A DNA stretch of 64,000 nt from the human T2T-CHM13v2.0 reference genome, Homo sapiens: assembly GCF_009914755.1 (NCBI RefSeq), contig NC_060947.1; one strand, written 5' to 3'. The translations under genes and the position numbers were made by a program. Below the pieces are notes generated by a model that saw only the letters and a list, made by a program, of their open reading frames with translations, did no database searches and had not been told where the DNA came from. Shown one piece after another: positions 30,988-45,181 of this stretch (the stretch's first letter is position 1; each line of letters opens with the position of its first letter).

Positions 30988-31990
30988 ATGAGAAGGAACC
31001 AGAAAAACAATTCTGGTAATATGACAAAACAAGGTTCTTTAACAACCTCAAAAAATCAAACTAGCTCACTAGCAATGGAACCAAACCATGAAGAAATCCC
31101 TGATTTGCCAGAAAAAAAAAATTCAGAAGGCAAATTATTAAGCTAATCAAGGAGGCACCAGAGGTAGGTAAAGTTGAATTCAACGAAATAAAAAAAGATA
31201 CAAGATATGAGATGAGAAATCTTCGGTGAAATAGATAGCATAAATAAAATCCATCAGAACTTCTGGAAATCAATGACACACTTATAGAAATTCAAAATGC
31301 ACTGGAAAATCGCAGCAATATAATTGAACAAACAGAAGAAAGAACTTCAGAGCTCGAAGACAGGTTTTCTAAGTAACCCAATCCAACAAGACAAAGACAA
31401 AAGAATTTTTAAAAAGTGAACAAATCCTCCAACAAGTTTGGGATTATATTAAATGACCAAACCAAAGAATAATTGGCATTCCTGGGGAAGAAGAAAAATC
31501 TAAAATTGTGGAAAACATATTTGGGGGAATCATCAAGGAAAACTTTCCAGGCCTTGCTAGAGATCTAGACACTGAAATATAAGAAGCTCAAAGAACACCT
31601 GGGAAATGCATCCCAGAAACATCATCACCTAGGCACATAGTCATCAGGTTATCCCAAGTCAAGATGAAGAAAAGAATATCACAACCTGTGAGGCAAAAGC
31701 ACCAGGTAACCTATAAAGGAAAACCTATCAGATTAACAGCAGATTTCTCAGCAGAAATCCTACATGCTGGAAGGGATTAGGGCCCTATCTTCAGCCTCCT
31801 TAAACAAAACAATTATCAACCAAGAATTTTATATCCAGAGAAACTAAGCTTCATAAATAAAGGAAAGATACAGTCTTTTTTCAACAAACAAATGCTAAGA
31901 GAATATGCCACTACCAAGCCAGCACTAAAAGAACTGCTAAAAGGAACTCTAAATCTTGAAACAAATCCTTAAAATACATTAAAACAGAAC
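30988..31990 (+). pseudogene. Disrupted L1 ORF1
   Basis: ATGAGAAGGAACCAGAAAAAC start; 'tataaaggaaaacctatcagattaacagcagatttctcagcagaa' (YKGKPIRLTADFSAE); stops and frameshifts. Confidence 0.85.
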
Positions 31991-32077
31991 CTCCTTAAAG
32001 CATAAACCTCACAGGACCTATAAAACAACAACACAATATATTTTTTTAAAAAACAAGGTATTCAGCCAACAAACAGC

Positions 32078-35000
32078 ATGATTAATAGAATAGTACCTCA
32101 CATCTCAATACTAACGTTTAATGTAAATGGCCCAAATGCTCCACTTAAAAGATACATAATGGCAGAATGGTTAAGAGTTTACCAACCAAGTATCTGCTGC
32201 CTTCAAGAGACTTACCTAACACATAAGAACTCACATAAACTTAAGGTAATGGGGTGGAAAATAAAATTCCCTGCAAATGGACACCAAGAGCAAGCAGGAG
32301 TAGCTATCCTTATGTCAGACAAAACAAACTTCAAAGCAACAGCAATTAAAAAATATGAAGAGGGACATAATATAATGATAAAAGATCTTGTCTAACAGGA
32401 AAAATCACAATCCTAAATATATACACATCTGGAGCTCCAAAATTTATAAAACAGTTACTGGTAGACCTAAGAAATGAGATAGACAGCAACACAATAATAC
32501 TGAGGGACTTCAGTACTCCACCAACGTCACTAGACAGGTCATCAAGACAGAAATTCAACAAAGAAACAATGGATTTAGACTATATACTAGAACAAATGGA
32601 ATTAACAGATATTTACAGAACTATCTACCCAACAACTTCAAAATATATATTCTACTCATCAGCACATGGAATATTCTCCAAGATAGACCATATGATAGGC
32701 CACAAAACATGTCTCAATAAATTTAAGAAAACTGAAGTTATATCAAGTACTCTCTCTGACCACAGTGGAACAAAATTGGAAATAAATTTCAAAAGGGACC
32801 CTCAAAACTATGTAACTACATGGAAATTAAATAACCTGCTCCTGAATGATCGTTGTGTCAACAACGAAATCACGATGCAAATAAAAAATTATTTAAACTG
32901 AAATCAATTAATAGTGACACAACCTATCAAAATCTCTGGGATACAGACAAGGTAGTATGAAGAAGAAAGTTTATAGCCTTAAATGCCAACATCAAAAAGT
33001 CTAAAAGCACAAAGAGACAATCTAAGGTCACACCTCAAAGAACTAGAGAAACAAGAACAAACTAAACACAAACCCAGCAGAAGAAAAGAAATAATGAAGA
33101 TCAGAACATAATTAAATAAAATTGAAACAAACAAATAAGTAAATACAAAAGAGAAGTGGTAATAAAAAAAATTGTCAACAAAGAAAAGTCCAGTACCAGA
33201 TGGATTCACAGCTAAATTATATTAGACATTCAAAGAATTGGTTCAATTCCTATTGACACTATTCCACATGATAGAGAAAGAGGAAATCCTTCCTAAATCA
33301 TTCTGTGAAGCCAGCATCACCATAAGACCAAAACCAGGAAAGGACATAACACAAAAAGAAAACTACAGGCTAATATCAGTGATGAATATCATTGCAAAAA
33401 TCCCTAACAAAACACTAGCTAACCGAATCCAACAGCATATCAAAGAGATAATCCACCATGATCAAGTGAGTTTCATACAGGGATGCAAGGATTGCTTAAC
33501 ATGAAAGTCAATAAATCTGATATACTACATAAACAGAATTTTTAGAAATTTATTATTTCAATAGATGCAGAAAAAGCATTTGACAAAATCCAGCATCCCT
33601 TTATGATGAAAACCCTCAGCAAAATTGGCATACAAGGGACACACCTCAATGTAATAAAAACCATCAATGATAAACCAACAGCCAACATAATACTAAAGGG
33701 GGAAAAGTGGAAAGTATTCCCTCGTAGAACTGGAACAAGACAAGGATGCCCACTCTCACCAGTTCTATTAAAAATAGTACTGAAAGTCCTATCCAGAGCA
33801 ATCAGACAAGAGAAAAAAATAAAAGGCATCCAAATCAGTAAAGAGGAAGTCAAAATGTTGCTGTTTGCTGATGATATGATTGCAAACCTAGAAAATCCTA
33901 AAGACCCTTCTGAAAAGCTCTTAGAACTGATAAATGAGTTCATCAAAGTTTCAGCATACAAAATCAATGTACACAAATCAGTAGCTCTTCTATACAGCAA
34001 CAGTGACCAAGTTGAGAATCAAATCAGGAACTCAATCCCTTTTACAATAGCTGCAAAAAAAAAAAAAAAAACCTCAAAAAAACGAAAAAACAAAACAAAA
34101 AAAACCCCGAATATACCTAAGGAGGTGAAAGACCTCTACAAGGAAAACTACAAAACACTGCTGAAAGAAATCATAGACAACATAAACAAATGGAAACACT
34201 TCTCATGCTCATGGGTAGGTAGAATCAATATTGTAAAAATGACCATATGCCAAAAGGAATCTACAAATTCAATGCAATTTCCATCAAAATACTGTCATCG
34301 TTCTTCACAGAACTAAAAAAGACAATCCTAAAATTCTTGTGGAACCAAAAACAAGCCTGTATAGCCAAAGTACGGCTAAGCAAAAAGAACAAATGTGGAG
34401 GCATCACATTACCTGACTTCAAACTATACTATAAGGCCATAGTCACCAAAACAGCATGGTACTGGTATAACAATAGGCACATAGACCAATGGAACAGAAT
34501 AGAGAACCCAGAAATAAAGCAAAATACTTAGGGCCAACTGATCTTTGTCAAAGCAAACAAAAACATAAAGTAGAGAAAGAATACTGTATTCAACAAATGG
34601 TGATGGGATAATTGGCAAGCCACATGTAGAAGAATAAAACTGGATCCTCGTTTCTCACCTTATACAAAAATCAACACAAGATGGATCAAAGACTTAAATC
34701 TAAGACCTGAAACCATAAAAATTCTAGAAGATAACATTGAAAAAACCCTTCTAGACAAAGGTTTAGGCAAAGAATTCATATCCAAGTACCCAAAAACAAA
34801 TGCAACAAAAAAAATAATAAATAGGTGTGACTTAATTAAACTAAAAGTTTCTGTACATCAAAAGAAACAATCAGCGGAGTAAACAGAAAACCCACAGAGT
34901 GAGAGAAAATGTTCACAATCTATACATCCAATAACGGACTAAAATCCAGAATCTACAAGGAACTCAAACAAATTAGCAAGAAAAGGAAACAAGCTCATCA

Positions 35001-35460
35001 AAAACTGGGCTAAGGACAGGAACAGACAATTCTCAAAAGAAGATATACAAATTGCCAACAAATATATGAAAGAATGCTCAACATCACTAATGATCAAGGA
35101 TATGCAAAGCAAAACCACAATGTGATTCGACCTTACTCCTGCAAGAATGGACATAATAAAAAAATCAAAAAATAATAGATGTTGGCGGGGATGAGGTGAA
35201 AAGGAAACACTTTTACACTGCTGGTGGGAATGTAAACTAGTAAAACCACTATAGAGAACAATGTGGAGATTCCTTAAAGAACTAAAAGTACAACTACCAT
35301 TTGATCCAGCAATCCCATTACTGGATATCTACCCAGAGGAAAAGAAGTCAATTTACAAAAAAAGATACTTGTACACTCATGCTTACAGCAGCACAATTTG
35401 CAATTGTGAAAATATGGAACCAGCCCAAATGCTCATCAATCATTGACTGGATAAAGAAAT
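32078..35460 (+). pseudogene. Disrupted L1 ORF2 (endonuclease / reverse transcriptase)
   Basis: ORF fragments NVNGPN..CCLQET (EN), [15 protein letters not shown] and LFADDM (RT); several frameshifts; internal deletion near 33150. Confidence 0.92.
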
Positions 35461-35486
35461 TGTGATATACATATTATATATCATAT

Positions 35487-35935
35487 AAATAATAATTATG
35501 TTACTAATGATAATATTATACTAATAACAGTTGACATTTATGGAAAACCTATTACATGAAAGGTGTTGTTCAATGTGATTTTTTAATTTTCATATGTTTT
35601 TGGAGAAAAGGTGGTGTTTCGTTACATGAGCAAGTTCTTTAGTGGTGATTTGTGAGATTTTGGTGCACCCATAACCCAAGCAGTATACACTGCACCAAAT
35701 TTGTAGTCTTTAATCCCTCACACCTCTCCGATCCTGTTCCCCAAGTCCGCAAACTCCATTGTATCATTCTTATGCCTTTGCATCCTCATACCTTAGCTTC
35801 CACATTTGAGTAAGAATATACCATACTTGGTTTTCCATTCTTGAGTTACTTCACTTAGAATAATGGTATCCAATTCCATCTAGGTTGCTGCAAATGTCAT
35901 TATTTTGTTCCTCATTGTGGCTGAATAGTATTTAA
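35487..35935 (-). repeat. Left arm of inverted repeat: inverted copy of 39084-39531 (L1PB 3' end + TSD + MIR tail + flank)
   Basis: Hand alignment: ~22 substitutions and 2 small indels over ~449 bp. Confidence 0.97.
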
Positions 35936-38900
35936 TGGTATATATACACATACACCTATGTGTATATATATCAAATATATTATATATAATATAGAATACA
36001 TATATTTTACATTATATATTATAATATTACAATATATAATATATGTATTCTATATTATATATTATATATTCTAATATATTATATATATTCTATATGTATA
36101 TAGAATATATATTATGTATTATAATACATATTATATTATAATACATAATATGTTATATAATTATATTTATATATATATAAATATATAATATATTATGTAT
36201 TACAATTATATATTATATATTATAATATAATTATGTAATATATATTACATATAATATATTATATATATTATATATTAAATTATGTTATATATAATATATA
36301 TTATATAATATATATAATATATATAATATATTATATATATTATATAATATTATAGATATTATAAATATTATATATATTATATAATTATGTAATATATTAT
36401 ATATATTATATAATTATATAATATATTATATAATTATATTATAATTACATAATTATAATATATTATATAATATAATTATAATATATTATATATTAGAATT
36501 TTATATTATATATGTACATATAATATGTATTATATTATAATACATACTATATTACATATATTATATATAATATAATATATATTGTATTACATATATTATA
36601 TATGTAATATAATATATAGTAATATATTACTACATATTATATGCAATATAATATATAGTAATATATTACTATATATTATATGTAATATAATATGTAGTAA
36701 TATATTACTATATATTATATATGTAATATAATATATAGTAATATATTACTACATATTATATGTGTCTATATAATATATAGTAATATATTACATATATTAT
36801 ATATGTCTATATAATATATTACATATATATGTCTATATATTACATATATATGTCTATATAATATATTACATATATATGTCTATATAATATATTACATATA
36901 TTATATATGTCTACATAATATATTACATATATTATATATGTCTACATAATATATTACATATATTATATATGTCTACATAATATATTACATATATTATATA
37001 TGTCTACATAATATATTACATATATTATATATGTCTACATAATATATTACACATATTATATATGTCTACATAATATATTACACATATTATATATGTCTAC
37101 AAATATATTACACATATTATATATGTCTATATAATATATTACACATATTATATATGTCTACATAATATATTACACATATTATATATGTCTACATAATATA
37201 TTACACATATTATATATGTCTACATAATATATTACACATATTATATATGTCTACATAATATATTACACATATTATATATGTCTACATAATATATTACACA
37301 TATTATATATGTCTACATAATATATTACACATATTATATATGTCTACATAATATATTACACATATTATATATGTCTACATAATATATTACACATATTATA
37401 TATGTCTACATAATATATTACATATATTATATATGTCTACATAATATATTACATATATTATATATGTCTATATAATATATTACATATATTATATATGTCT
37501 ATATAATATTTGTAATATTATACTATATAATGTTGTATATTATATAGGTATATATTATATATATTATATATATTACATACATTATATGTAATACATGTAT
37601 ATATATTATATATATAACATATGTATATATTATATATATTATATATATTATATATCTTATATATGTATATATTATCTATATTATATATAATTATATTAGA
37701 ATATATTATATATGTATATATAATATATTTATATACTATATAGAATATGTTGTATATGTATATATATTATATATATGAATATATTATATATAGTATATAT
37801 ACTATATATAATATATGAATATATTATATATGTATATATACTATATATAATATATGAATATATTATATATGTATATATTATATATAATATATTCTATACA
37901 ATATATGAATATATTATATATATAATATATTATATATATTATATATGATATATTATACTTGTATACATAATATATGATACATATTATATGTATACATAAT
38001 ATATGATACATGTTATATGTATACATAATTTATGATACATGTTATATGTATACATAATATATGATACATGTTATATATGTATACATAATATATTATATAT
38101 ATGTCTACAGAATATATGATATATATGTCTACAGAATATATATCTTATATATGTCTACAGAATACATGATATATATGTCTACAGAATTTTTGATATATAT
38201 GTCTACAGAATATATGATATATTATATACGTCTACAGAATATATGATATATTATATATGTCTACAGAATATATGATATATTATATATGTCTACAGAATAT
38301 ATGATATATATGTTTACAGAATATATGATATATATGTCTACAGAATATATGGTATATATTATATATGTATATAGAATACAGTAAATATTATATATGTATA
38401 TAGAATATATTAAATATTATATATGTATATAGAATATATTAAATATTATATATGTATATAGAATATATTAAATATTATATATGTATATAGAATATATTAA
38501 ATATTATATATATATAGAATATATTAAATATTATATATGTATATAGAATATATTATATATTATATATGTATATAGAATATATTATATATTATATATGTAT
38601 ATAGAATATATTATATATTATATATGTATATATACCATTAAAAACTATTCATATGTATGTATATATACCATTAAATACTATTATATATTATACATATAAT
38701 ATAAATACATATATACATATATGTATATATTATATTTTATAAATACCTGTATACATATATGTATAGATTATATGTATAGATTATATTTTATATACACTTA
38801 TATATCATATAATATATACTTATATATAATATATACTTATATTATATATAATATAGTATATACTATATTATATATAATATAGTATATACTATATTATATA

Positions 38901-39083
38901 TAATATAGTATATACTATATTATATATAATATAGTATATACTATATTATATATAATATAATATATACTCATATTATATATAATATAACATATACTCATAT
39001 GATATATAATATAATATATACATATATGATATATAATATAATATATACATATATGATATATAATTAAATATATACATATATAT
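35936..39083. repeat. 3.1-kb AT-rich compound minisatellite / low-complexity tract
   Basis: Nearly all A/T; sub-arrays with periods of 31, ~29 and 26 bp. Confidence 0.97.
36894..37510 (+). repeat. 31-bp minisatellite, ~20 copies (ATATTATATATGTCTACATAATATATTACAY)
   Basis: GTCTA recurs at 36909, 36940 ... 37466, 37497. Confidence 0.95.
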
Positions 39084-40126
39084 TTAAATACTATTCAGCC
39101 ACAATAAGGAACAAAATAATGACATTTGCAGCAACCTAGACGGAATTGGATACCATTATTCTAAGTGAAGTAACTCGAGAAAGGAAAACCAAGTATGGTA
39201 TGTTCTTACTCAAATGTGGGAGCTAAGCTATGAGAATGCAAAGGCATAAGAATGATACCATGGAGTTTGCGGACTTGGGGAAAACTATCGGACGGGTGTG
39301 AGGGATTAAAGACTACAAATTAGGTGCAGCGTATACTGCTTGGGTTATGGGTGCACCAAAATCTCACAAATCACCACTAAAGAACTTGCTCTTGTAACCA
39401 AACACCACCTTTTCTCCAAAAACATATGGAAATTAAAAAAAATCACATTGAAGAACACCTTTCATGTAATAGGTTTTCCATAAATGTTAACTGTTATTAG
39501 TATAATATTGTTAGTAACATAATTATTATTTGCCATTAATCCCTAAATCAGCATGATATATAACAAAAAATCGAGATTTTTATTTTACCCATTACATCTA
39601 AGTGCAGATTTCTATTTTTTACTTTAGAACTCCATATGTTAAGTCCATAATATGTAGTTAAGAAAGTGAACACAACATTAAATTAATGAGTCCATGTAAC
39701 GATTTGTTTTTCTCTTGCAATCAATAATCTTTAAAGGGAGAAATGGGGATAGAGAAAGTCTCTACTCCTGCTCAAGTTGGTAAGATAAACATTTTAGGAA
39801 GAAAAGGGAGAAAAGAAGAAGTGAAAGGAGGAGGAAGAAAACACTTTCACAACCTAGCAGCAAAGAGACATGACATTCAAAAAGTTTTATCTGTCTAGAG
39901 TTTGTGAGGGCAGAAACATTTTCTCCCATTTATTTATTTATTTATTCATTTGTTTATTTATTTTTACACAGAACCAATGTGCTGTAAGTGTTGGATTGGT
40001 GTCTTCTCTTTTGAATATCTCCAGCATCTAGATAATGCTATTCACTTAATAAACATATGTCGAGTGCCTATTCTCTGCCAGACACCGTATGAAATAGAAT
40101 CTCAAAAAAGGTTATGCAATTAATAG

Positions 40127-40671
<545 letters not shown>

Positions 40672-42435
40672 TGAGGGTAGAGATAATGCCTACCATAAAT
40701 GTTATGGAACTGTTTAGTAACTGTTTTCTATTGATTTAAAAGGTCTAGGAATTTGCTGAAATTAAGAGGTTAGTATATGGTTGCACATTTACCCCAAAGC
40801 ATAAAGGTCGAACAGAGTGCTCTTTTCTGAGATGTCTGTGTCTTATTTCCTCAAGTGACTATGATGCACCTTCTGGAAACTACTTTTCAACTAACTGGTA
40901 TTATCAACAACTGCCTCTCAATCTACAGTGTCTAGCCATGAGTGAATCCATGTTTTCCGTCTGTCTCCTACTTGTTTCTTAAACCCTGGTAAGATGAAAA
41001 GCACTATAAACAGCTTACCCTCCCTTTTTTTCTCATTACATGTGTTGCATAGAGATCTGTTTTGTTCTGTGTTTAAGGAGAGTGTCTGCAAAATCATCAA
41101 GGTTTTATGTCCTCCATTATAGATTATAGACCTGTGATTAGAATATTTCAATTTCCTATGAAAGGAAATATCAAGATACCATGATTTTTGTTACACACCT
41201 TACTTAGCCGGCATTAACAACGTTAGTATTGAAACGTGGGCACAATGTTTTTCCTCCTATGAGCCATAAAATTTTAGAGCTGGAGAAAAACAGAACTCAG
41301 AAGGTCTGTGCAGGAAAGTCATTGTTAATAATTACAATGTTTCTTATTTAGAAAAAAGAATCTTCTCTTTGAGGGGAGAAAAGTGGTTTTCACCTACTTT
41401 TAATTTAACGACTTTCTGTCACAGCTATTAAATTTTAAATGAAAAATTTTGTCCTTCAGTTTTCGCACTGGATAAAGGGATTTGACACTCAGCATATCTG
41501 TAACTCAACCAAATTTTAGTGATAAATATTTGATACTTCACATAACATACTTGATGAGTTCATGAATGTTCAAACTGTGCCATTTTTTCATTTATGTCTA
41601 TAGTTTATTACCCATTGAAAACTCTGAACACCTTTCCCCTTCTTTCTTTGCTGTCCTGTCCTTTCCCTCACTCTGGCAGCCTTTTAGTGAAGGTGCACAT
41701 CTGCTGCCATAAACACACAAATTAGCACATCAATGTTTCCGATGAAAAAAAAATTCAGTGCAATAAGAGAATTTTTGAAAGCAAGCCAGTTTGTCAGTAA
41801 ATTATAAGCTTCATTACCATAAAACTCTAACAAATAGAACCCATATCTCATTAACTGAAAGCACAATATGACTGCAGCAATATTCATCTCCCCAAAGAGT
41901 GCTTATTCATAGGAAAAAAAGATAAAAGTTTTGCTTAGAGCTGCCACTAATGATAGCATTAACTTTATTTATTAAAGAATGTCTAAGCATTTTGCAAAAT
42001 ATACATTTTACTCCTCCCTCATCTTTTTTATCTGATTAATTGCAGTGGCAGGTTATATACTATAAGTGTTATACAATGCTTAACGTCATTCCTCTTTACC
42101 ATCAGTCTAATGATTCTCTAGTATCACTAAACTAACGGTGGAGACAATTTTTCCAGGCCACACTTCTACTTTCTGTTGCTGGTAAAATTCTCCCACATTA
42201 TATTTAAGGCCAAAATTTTATATACCATTTATTTTTCTGATGAGTTTATTTCTGTAAAGAGAAAAGGTAAGGAATCCACTTCATCACTTTTTGAAAGGTG
42301 GAAACCTGTTTTCAAACTTAGATTGTTCAATAACTTTTGCAAGAACAGAGGTAGCCCAAAACCAACTTCTATATAAGTTGTCTTGTCATAATTTGGGAAA
42401 AACAATTATTCAGTAACTATGTTATAGTTTGTGCG

Positions 42436-44749
42436 TGATATGGTTTGGTTGTGTCCCCACACAAACCTCATCTTGAGTTGTAGTTCCCATAATCCCCACG
42501 TGTCGTGGGAGGGACCCAATGGGGAGGTAATTGAATCCTGCCCCCATGCTGTTGTTCTCATGATAGTGAGTGAGTTCTCATGAGATCCAATTGTTTTATA
42601 AGGGGCTTTTCTCCCTTTTTCTTGGCATTTCTCCTTCCTGCCATCATGTGAGAAAGGATGTGTTTACTTCCCCTTTTGCCATGATTGTAAGTTTCCTGAA
42701 GCCTCCCCAGACATGGCCAACAGTGAGTCAATTAGACCTCTTTCCTTTATAAATTACTCAATCTCAGGCAGTCCTTTATAGCAGCATGACAATGGACTAA
42801 CACAGTAAATTGGTACCAGGTAGTGAGGCGCTGCAGTAAAGATTCCAAAAAATGCGAAAGTGACTTTGGAACTGGGTAACAGGCAGAGGTTGGAACAGTT
42901 TGGAGGACTCAGAAGAAGACAGGGAGATGTGGGAAAGTTTGGAACTTCCTAAAGACTTATTGAATAGTTTGACCAAAATGCTGACGGTGATATGGACAAT
43001 TAAGTCCAGGCTGAGGTGGTCTCAGATGGAGATGAGGAACTTGTTGGGAACTGGAATAAAGATGACTCTTATAGGAAATACACTGGTGGCAATTTGCCAC
43101 TGCCCTAGAGATTTGTGAAACTTTGAACTTAATAGGAATGATTTAGGGTATCTGGAGGAAGGAATTTCTAAGCAGCAAAGCATACAAAATGTGATTTGTG
43201 TGCTACTAAAAGCATTCAGTTTTATTTATTCACAAAGATATGGTCTGGAATTGGAACTCATGTTTAAAAGGCAGCCTGACAATGTGATAGAAAAGAAAAA
43301 CCCATTTTCTGAGAAGAAACTCAAGCTGGCTGCAGAAATTTGCATAAGTAATGAGCAGCCAAATGTTGACCCCCAAGAAAATGAGAAAAATGTCTCTAGG
43401 GCATGTCAGAGGTCTTCATGGCAGCCCCTCCCATCACAGGGTCAGAGGCCTAGGAGGAAAAAAATGGTTTCATAAGCTGGGCCAGGGCCTTGCTGCTTTG
43501 TGCAGTCTTGGGACTTGGTGCCCTGCATTCCAGCTATGGCTAAAAGGGGCCAAGGTGCAGCTCAGGCCATGGCTTTAGAGGGTGCAAGACCCAAGTCTTG
43601 GCAGCATCCACATGGTGTTGGGCCTGTGGGTGCACAGAAGCCAAGAATTGAGGTTTGGGAACCTCTTCCTAGATTTCAGAGGATGTATGGAAATGCCTGG
43701 ATATCCAGGCAAAAGTCTGCTTCAGGGTTGATGCCCTTGTGGAGAGCCTCTGCTATGGCAGTGCAGAAGGGAAATGTGGGTTCGATCCCCCACTCAGAGT
43801 CCCCACTGGGGCACTGCCTAGTGGAGCTGTGAGAAGAGAGCCACCATCCTCCAGACCCCAGAATGGTATATCCACCAACAGCTTGCACCGTGCACCCGGT
43901 GCACACACTCAATGCCAGCCCATGAAGGAAGCTGGCGGGTGAGGGGGGGGGGCGTTGTACCCTGCAAAGCCACAGGGGCAGAGCTGCCCAAGGCCATGGG
44001 AGCCCACCTCTTGCATCAGCATGACTTGAATGTAAGACATGGAGTCAAAGGAGATCATTATGGAACTTTAAGGTTTAATGACGGCCCTATTGGATTTCGG
44101 ACTTGCATGGGGCCTTTAACCTCTTTGTTTTAGCCAATTTCTCTCATTTGAAATAGGTGTATTTACTCTATGCCTGTACCCCCAACTGTATCTAGGAAAT
44201 AATTAACTTGCTTTTGATTTTACAGGCTCACAGGTGGAAGGGATTTGCCCTGTCTCAGATGACACTTTGGACTAGGACTTTTGGGTTAATGCTGGAATGA
44301 GTGAAGACTTTGGGAGACTGTTGAAAAGGCATGGTTGTGTTTTGAAATGTGAGTACATGAGATTGGGGGAGGGGCAAGGTCTGAATGATATGGTTTGGCT
44401 ATGTCCACACACAAATCTCATCTTGAATTGTAGTTCTCATAATCCCCACGTGTCATGGGAGGGTCCTGGTGGGGAGGTACTTGAATCATGGGGGTGGTTA
44501 CCCTTATGCTGCTCTTCTCATGACAGTGAGTGAGCTCTCATGAGGTCTGATGGTTTTATAAGGGGCTTTTCCCCCTTTTTCTCGGCCAACATGTGAAGAA
44601 AGATGTGTTTGCTTCCCCTTTCACTATGATTGTAAATTTCCCAAGGCCTCATCAGCCCTGTGGAAATGTGAGTCAATTAAACCTCTTTCCTTTATACATT
44701 ACCCAGTCTCAGGCAGTCCTTTATAATAATGAGACAACGAATTAGTACA
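42436..44749 (+). mobile_element. THE1C/D MaLR provirus: 5' LTR 42436-42804, internal 42805-44385, 3' LTR 44386-44749
   Basis: Both LTRs start TGATATGGTTTGG and end ACA; typical THE1 internal region; 5-bp TSD GTGCG/GTGTG. Confidence 0.95.
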
Positions 44750-45181
44750 GTGTGGTTTTATATGTTTAATTTTATTATAATTTTAAAAAGTAAAGCAACC
44801 TATAGTAAAGTCTTTGTAGTAGTTTAGATAGTTGAAACTGCTACGGTGTACTGGTTTCAGAAAACAACAAATTCCAAATTAATGAAGTCATTAGGCTGAC
44901 AGAAGGGAAAATGACGTAACAGGGAGTAAAGAAGTTGTTAGTATAAGGTGAATATGGATGGTAGTTTAGTCAACTATTTCATTATGAACCAAGTTTGGGA
45001 AAATGATAGGGTAAGAGTTTAAATAACATGATGTATTGGACTTGCTTTAAAGTACTCTAGAAAAAAAAAATAGAAGGATGGTGGACACATAAAACAAAAT
45101 TGACAAAACATGTTGATAATTGTTGAGACCAGGTGATGAATACATGGGAATGCTCTACACTATTCTCTTTACCTATGTGAA

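Larger units (their letters stand above)
29549..39439 (+). mobile_element. Near full-length L1PB1-like LINE (L1PBa-type 5' UTR) with a rearranged 3' UTR
   Basis: 5' UTR, ORF1, ORF2 and 3' end in order; TSD AAATCACATTG at 29538-29548 and 39440-39450; splits a MIR. Confidence 0.93.

Noticed and set aside
33603-34316. Reverse-transcriptase ORF as a retron, DGR or novel RT system
   Set aside because: It is ordinary L1 ORF2 within a TSD-flanked, frameshifted L1PB.
35487-35935. Left arm as an independent L1PB insertion or twin-priming inversion
   Set aside because: It contains the TSD and 3' flank of the right-hand copy, so it was duplicated after integration.
36894-37510. Regular 31-bp array as a CRISPR-like locus
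   Set aside because: Units are head-to-tail with no unique spacers and there are no cas-like ORFs; the DNA is primate.
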